Both the position numbers and the translations under genes were made by a program. Below, piece after piece: positions 57,253 through 64,000 of a stretch of DNA of 64,000 nucleotides (position 1 is its first letter; every line of letters begins with the position of its first letter). The notes under the pieces are model-generated. The model was not told the origin of the DNA and ran no database searches. It worked only from the letters and a program-made list of their open reading frames with translations. Origin of the DNA: Macrostomum lignano (Eukaryota); the NCBI GenBank assembly GCA_002269645.1, contig NIVC01000272.1, forward strand, positions 124,001 to 188,000, read 5' to 3'.

Positions 57253-58377
57253 ATGACAACCGCCAATGAGTCGAGCGACGCGAATTCGACCGGCTTGCTG
57301 CTGGCGGGTGCGCAGTGCCGAGACTTCGCCGAGCTGTACAAGCCGCGCCAGGCCAGCGGGGTGCACTTCTTCATCGTGTACGCCTGCCTGGCCCTGTTCG
57401 CCATCCTCGGCAACTCCTTCATCGTCTCCGCCGTCACCGTCGGCGGCGGCTTCCCCGCTGGCGCCAGGCGGACCTTCCGCTTCCTGACGCTGCTGCTCAG
57501 CTGCTACGAGCTGCTGGCGGGCTGCGTCCTGCTGCTCATGCTGTTCTATCTGGGCATCGGCTACCACAACCGCACCTCCGGCGGCGACCGCGTCTGGCCC
57601 GGCTGGCCGTCCGAGGACGAGAACCCCTACCTGACCAGGGGCTACTCGCTGCCGAAGTTCCTCACCAGCCTGCGCGACGTCACCATTGGCTTGGAAGCGA
57701 ACGCCTACTGCCTGCTGGCCGTCGACCGGCTGCTGGCGGTGGCCGCGCCGCTCAGTCGGCGCTGGAGCCTGGCGGCCGTCCGCGGCATCGCCTGCTGCGT
57801 TGTGGCGGTCGCCGTGCTGGGCGAGGCCGGCCTGCAGGTCTGGCTGATGCTGGGGCTGGCGGCGGACCCGGACGGCAGCGAGACGGTCTGCCGATTCCTA
57901 ACAGAGCACCAGAACGCGAACGCGCTGGTCAAGGCGGCCCTGGCGGTGCTGAACTACTCGGTGTCCCTGGCCAGTTACCTGGGCACCGGGGCTCTCCTGG
58001 TTGGCCGGTGGTGGCAGAAACGGCGCCAGGCTGGGCCCGCTCCGGCGGCTGGCGCGGCAGCTTCGAACAGCGCTGAGAAACCGGAGCAGCGGCCGTCGCA
58101 GCGACTGTCGCAGCAGGCCGGTGGCGGAGAGCAAATGCTGCGCCCGCTGATGGCGCTGATCGTGGGGAATCTGGTGCAGTTCTTCAGCCTGCTGCCCATG
58201 GTGCTGGACAACATGGGCCTGCTGCACCTGGAGATCAGCTGCTACTACATCCTGTACGTGAACTCCGCCGCGGTGCCCTGCATCACCATCGTCTTCAACC
58301 GCGGCATTCGCGACGGGGTCAGCCGGGTGCTCCGGCGCTGCGATCGTTGCGGGCGGGAGAGACAGGCAGGACGTTAG
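57253..58377 (+). CDS. Intronless orphan rhodopsin-like (class A) GPCR, 374 aa
   Basis: Seven hydrophobic segments, N-terminal sequons NES and NST, TM1 GN, TM3 AVDRLLAV (DRY-like), TM7 NSAAVPCITIVFNRGIR, and strong GC3 bias. Confidence 0.88.
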   Translation: MTTANESSDANSTGLLLAGAQCRDFAELYKPRQASGVHFFIVYACLALFAILGNSFIVSAVTVGGGFPAGARRTFRFLTLLLSCYELLAGCVLLLMLFYLGIGYHNRTSGGDRVWPGWPSEDENPYLTRGYSLPKFLTSLRDVTIGLEANAYCLLAVDRLLAVAAPLSRRWSLAAVRGIACCVVAVAVLGEAGLQVWLMLGLAADPDGSETVCRFLTEHQNANALVKAALAVLNYSVSLASYLGTGALLVGRWWQKRRQAGPAPAAGAAASNSAEKPEQRPSQRLSQQAGGGEQMLRPLMALIVGNLVQFFSLLPMVLDNMGLLHLEISCYYILYVNSAAVPCITIVFNRGIRDGVSRVLRRCDRCGRERQAGR

Positions 58378-58710
58378 GGAGACATGAGGGAGAGACAGGC
58401 AGGATGTGAAGGAGAGACAGGCAGGATGTGAAGGGGAGACAGGCAGGATGTGAAGGGGAGACAGCCAGGATGTGAAGGAGAGACAGGCAGGACATGAAGG
58501 AGAGACAGGCAGGACATGAAGGGGAGACAGGCAGGACATGAAGGAGAGACAGGCAGGACATGAAGGGGAGACAGGCAGGATGTGAAGGGGAGACAGGCAG
58601 GACATGAAGGAGAGACAGGCAGGACATGAAGGAGAGACAGGCAGGACATGAAGGGGAGACAGGCAGGACATGAAGGAGAGACAGGCAGGATGTGAAGGAG
58701 AGACAGGATG
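58355..58710. repeat. 22-bp minisatellite (GAGACAGGCAGGA[C/T][A/G]TGAAGG[A/G]) overlapping the GPCR stop
   Basis: The first unit supplies the final codons RERQAGR*. Confidence 0.9.
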
Positions 58711-59159
58711 GTTCTGAGTCGAGCATGCCATTATTATTCTGTGACTGGAAGAGACATTTTACAGGCACGGTCGAGCTTCATACTATCTAAATTATAATTC
58801 ATGGTATAAAAATCCTTTCAGAACTTTTTTGATAAAAAACTTCATTTTTTTAATTTTTTTCCATTCATTTTTTTCACCTCTCTGTCTAGCGAGCGATGAC
58901 TTTGCTTTTGTTGTTTTCCTAACAACTATGGACAGTGTGTTTTTGAACAGAGCTTTGCACTCCCGACATTTTCATTATTTCTTGGCCTGCTTATCCGCCT
59001 GCAGCCTCTCGAATCCGCCATCACTGTTTTTTTAAATCCGGTTTTGTTAAAATTCAATTGGATTTTGCCGCCCGTAAAACTGCTACTCCATGCCAGGTGG
59101 CAAGCAAAAATTAAATTGGACCTCCTAAGGGTCCAACTTGTTAAAAACTGCAAACATTT

Positions 59160-59770
59160 TTGAGCTGAGACACAAGCTGAGACACAAGCTGAGACACAAG
59201 CTGAGACACAAATTGAAACACAAACCAAGACACAAGCTGAGACACAAACCGAGACACAAACTGAGACACAAGCTGAGACACAAACTGAGACACAAGCTGA
59301 GACACTGAGACACAAGCTGAGACACAAGCTGAGACACAAGCTGAGACACAAACTGAAACACAAACCGAGACACAAGCTGAGACACAAGCTGAGACACAAA
59401 CTGAAACACAAACCGAGACACAAGCTGAGACACAAACTGAAACACAAACCGAGACACAAGCTGAGACACAAGCTGATAAACAAGCTGGGGCACTGAGACA
59501 CAAGCTGAGACACAAACTGAAACACAAACCGAGACACAAGCTGAGACACAAGCTGATAAACAAGCTGGGGCACTGAGACACAAGCTGAGACACAAGCTGA
59601 GACACAAGCTGAGACACAAACTGAAACACAAACCGAGACACAAGCTGAGACACAAGCTGATAAACAAGCTGGGGCACTGAGACACAAGCTGAGACACAAA
59701 CTGAAACACAAACCGAGACACAAGCTGAGACACAAACTGAGACACAAGCTGAGACACAAGCTGAGACAAG
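59160..59770. repeat. 12-bp minisatellite (GAGACACAAGCT) with higher-order variants
   Basis: Direct periodicity. Confidence 0.92.
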
Positions 59771-61869
59771 CTGTAAGCTCAAATGTGGTTATGCCATAGA
59801 CAAAACTCGGTCGACAGAAAAATATGCGTCCTGAAAAATATACTAAAGAGATCGAAACCGCTCCAGCCCAGCAGTTTCGCAGTGTATCTAACAGACTGCT
59901 TCACAAGAATGTGAATCGGCCTCTGACGAAGTAAACCCTCTTTCTGGATTTGCAGAAGACTGAAGCCTACTGCTCGTACTTTGCCTGTTTTTGTGTTGTT
60001 TTGCGTCGCTTAAATTATAAATGTCTGTATATGGACACCTCCAGCTGGATGTCCTTCTCCACACAGCATTATTGGCTTGAGTCGCTGGTGCTATCAGTGA
60101 GTCCTGCAGTCCTGCAGTATTGCCGGTAGCAGCTGTCCCCCTCTCATAGCTACTGGCAGGGCGTGACAGAAGAAAAGTACTCGCCAGATGTTATCCAAGC
60201 CAGTCAATGCCGCCTCCGCATCAGCAATAAAAGCCTCGTTTGATTTACAAACCTGCCACCCAAGGCGAAAGCCTGTGCGCTGAATCAGGTATCTGCCTGT
60301 AAACATAATTTCCTGTTGATGGCAAAGCGATGCTGCTAATCAAAACACAACCCCTGCCACGCTTTCATTTAATACTACTGGTCTGTTGCAGCGATCAGTA
60401 GTGCAATGAGAATATGTTTCGTTTGAAGGGAAAAATAACTATATACCTGAAATTCACTTAAAATCTTATAGAAATCCGATTGGGGTTTCTAAAGACAATC
60501 ATTGGCAGAAAATAGTCTGAGTTGATAAAGACCATCGTTGGCTGATACGCACAGCGATATTTTCAGATGTCCGTGTCAGCAGTCCTTGTTCCGAACTTTC
60601 GATTCTGTAGCCAGCCTGTGATTAACTAATTTCTGCCTAGTTTCACAATGAATTCAATGCGCGGGCGACTCTATTAAATCAACGACTCTTGAGAAGCTGT
60701 GAGGCTGTTCTCAAACTAACAGCAGCAGGCCGGAGACACTCCAGTCTGCTTGAATAGGCTGAGTTTCAGCTCCACTCTGTCACGATGGCATTCGCTGAAG
60801 CGAACATCTTAGGATTTTCTAAGCCGAGTTCCAATTATCAGATTTGCTGTATTTGTCTTCTTTTTCCTTCTTTTAGGAAAGTCTAGAATTTTAATTAAGG
60901 GTGCTCTGAAGGCTAAAATTAGGCTATTGAAACGCTGTACTAGGCGAGGCCCCTAGTGATGTCTCCCAGATCTTTAAAATCTTTAACTAAACACGAACTG
61001 CAAATGGGAAAGCGAGGAACAATATTCAAGGCATAAAAAAATCTGTTCACGTCAAGGTCACGTGATTCGTCCCCCTAACTTATTTCACTCGCTTACATGC
61101 TTGTAGCGCGTGAGCTATCCTTGCAAGAATGCTGACCTTGAGCCAACCAATCAGCGTTCGTTCAGGGAGAGGAAACGATTGTATGTCCATCCGGTCACGC
61201 GATCACGTCACGATTGGGCGTAACCAATCACCGACCTTGAAAGATACGAGCAAACAAATCTTTGATTTTGACAGCCTTAGCGAATACTATAAATAAATTG
61301 AATCTACGAGCTAAATCATTTCTAAATTTATTACGCGTATAATATGCTTTATGAGGATATCATCTTTCTATTTGACGCTCTTAGTTCTAGAGGCATTGAA
61401 AACCCCATGATCTTCGAGAATTGAAGATCTCTCAGTGTGGACTTCTGTAATCCGATGACACACAAAGCGGATTTGTCACAATCGACTGGCCATTTCGATG
61501 GCGCTCCGGGATTTACCCCCCCCCATACCCTCCCGACTCCCGAGACGAGTCCCAGACCATCGGATCAGCACTGCTGCTCCCCTTTGCCCGCCTATGCTAC
61601 AGCGTTCCTCGTTGAGCAATTCAGCCTCTCAGCTTCATCTCATTACCTGGGATCGATCGGAAATTGCCACACACCCACCTCCCCCACCTACTCAGAAGAG
61701 CTCGTTTCCCCCAGCATCAGGTCGGTCGTTAGTTAGACATGATTCCAGCCTCCACGCAGCCTCATCTCATCAGTGGGCTTCCATACTTAATGTTATTCTT
61801 AAGCAATGCTTAGTCCTTGGTCTCCGGGAACCTCCAGTGCATCCTGTCCTTTTTGCTGTCGTGGGAAGT

Positions 61870-62160
<291 letters not shown>

Positions 62161-62689
62161 CCCCAACACTATCCCGATGAATTGCAGCAGGTAAAAGTTT
62201 CAAATTGTTTGCCGCCTTTTCACGTCTGCATTTCTATGCATCCCACATAGGAGGCGGGAAGGTTCAGTAAAATGGGAACAGGGTGCCGCAGCCTTCATGA
62301 ATCCCTCATTCCCAGGGGCATTTCTTGTTTTGCCGACAGCAGCAGCCGCCTCCGCTGCCTCTTTCTCTGCCAGATGATGAATGAAAGTCCCACGCTGAAT
62401 CGCCCTGTTTCAGCTCTGCTTGTTCTTCACCTGTTTAACCTGCCGCCTCCTGGCCCGAAATTCTATCATCTGTTCAGAGGTAAACTGCGTTTCTTTCTTC
62501 TCCGCGCATCGTTTTTTGAACTTCAGTGGCGATTCCGCTTAGCCTGAGGAACTGGGTGCTAGCGAATGCGCTACATATCGGCGCTTGACACGAAAATACG
62601 ATTTTTTGAGAACCTGAACCCGAGTCGACAGAAACTTTCCCGGTTCTGTCTGTTCTCCTCTCCTTCCTCTGCTTTTTCTGGCTGAACTT

Positions 62690-63070
62690 TCTGAACTCTT
62701 CTCTCTCCCCTCTCCCACTTTATCTGATCTCCTCTCCCTCTCTCACTTCATCTCATCTCTGCTGTCTTCTCTCCTCTCTCTTTTCTCATCTCTCCTTTCT
62801 TATCTCTTCTTTATAATATCTCCTCTCCTCTCCCATCTCTCCTGTCTCTCCTCTCTCCTCTCTCCTCTCTCATCTCTCCTTTCTCATCTCTCCTCTCTCC
62901 TCTCTCCTTTCTCCTCTCTCCTCTCTCCTCTCTCCTCTCTCCTCTCTCTTCTCTTCTCTCTCCTCTCTCATCTCTCCTCTCTCCTCTCTCCTCTCTCCCC
63001 TCTCATCTCTCCTTTCTCCTCTCTCATCTCTCCTCTCTCCTTTCTCCTCTCTCCTCTCTCTCTCTCCTCT
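62690..63070. repeat. CT-rich low-complexity tract
   Basis: CTCTCCT-type runs. Confidence 0.85.
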
Positions 63071-63714
63071 TCCCTCAGAATTTTGCCTAAAATAACGCAA
63101 TGAATTTCCTACGCCAAATGCGGCAGCCAATTTCAAGCAAGTTTTGATTCCGCAGGCATTCAGTCAGCCAGATAGGCTGAGAGCGTGGCTCAATCAGACG
63201 TGAGGCAATGTCCGCATTCACTCTGAGCCTCATTCATTCCACCCACTCCGTCCGCTTGAAGTTACGCACCGGGGCGTGCGATGCGGCTGAAACACTGGCG
63301 GAGCCGGAATTAGAAATTGCAGTATTTATGGATGCATCGCCTGTTGCTGGCACTGGGGTACCCTACTGTCAACTCTCACAATTCAAAACCTAATGCCAAT
63401 TCTCTTCAGTTGCCTGTCTACATATGCATCCTCTACTATGCGGAAGTCTGTGGTGCCAATGGGCTCAGCGTGCGGCCGGAGCAGCTTTGAGCAGGGAAGT
63501 TGAGAGCAGATAGGGATGGCTGGATTTTTAGGCTGCAACCGAGGACAATGGTACTACTAAGGGCCCCTTGGCATCAAGCAACTGTGGTGATCGGTGCCGA
63601 GCATCGTCAGCCAATGAGAGCCGAGGTGGGTTGACACCCACCTCACCTTTAAAAATCGGTCTAACGGGGGCCCTTAGTAGTAACGGTTTTCAGCGTCCTT
63701 GCTTCTTGATCAGG

Positions 63715-64000
63715 ACCAGACCATTCGCTACCACCAGCAACCCAGGCCTTCGGTCCTCGGTACGCTTAGATAAGATTAGATAAGAGCAGGCTGTCACCAC
63801 CAACAACCCAGGCCTTCGGTCCTCGGTACGCTTAGATAAGATTAGATAAGAGCAGGCTGCCACCACCAACAACCCAGGCCTTCGGTCCTCGGTACGCTTA
63901 GATAAGATTAGATAAGAGCAGGATGCCGCCACCAACAACCCAGGCTCTCGGTCCTCGGTGCGCTTAGATAAGATTAGATAAGAGCAGGCTGCCACCACCA
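63715..64000. repeat. 66-bp minisatellite running off the window end
   Basis: CCCAGGCCTT recurs at 63741 and 63807, with more than 4 copies. Confidence 0.9.

Overview
This is eukaryotic (animal) DNA, not prokaryotic. It has GT-AG spliced genes, introns as short as 44-46 nt, and larger introns filled with tandem repeats. The overall style resembles a repeat-rich free-living flatworm such as Macrostomum, but that is inference only. I assembled five genes by hand from splice signals and reading-frame continuity. (1) SNAP-25 (+, 13372-33325, 206 aa) has two duplicated, mutually incompatible first coding exons. (2) An FKBP6/Shutdown-like FKBP+TPR co-chaperone (+, 36073-39027, 513 aa) has an R3H-like C-terminal tail and a collapsed duplicate just downstream. 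(3) A previously unassembled 8-exon type-I membrane receptor (-, 47040-43148, 523 aa) has a TIR/SEFIR-like tail. (4) A 4-exon gene with a degenerate KH-like domain (-, 54806-51435, 338 aa). (5) An intronless orphan class-A GPCR (+, 57253-58377). Mobile DNA includes a decayed APE-RT LINE, a tRNA/CORE-type SINE, a Penelope GIY-YIG end with a hammerhead ribozyme, a Crypton remnant, an internally deleted Gypsy element with both LTRs and a TSD, a Tc1/IS630-type deletion derivative, and several MITEs. The clearest unexplained signal is a CpG-free domain of about 3 kb around SNAP-25 exon 1a. The LTR pair inserted in it differs at 15 substitutions, 13 of them CpG transitions, which is a local footprint of germline 5mC. 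Most long ORFs in the supplied track are artefacts of mini- and microsatellites. Repeat boundaries are approximate.
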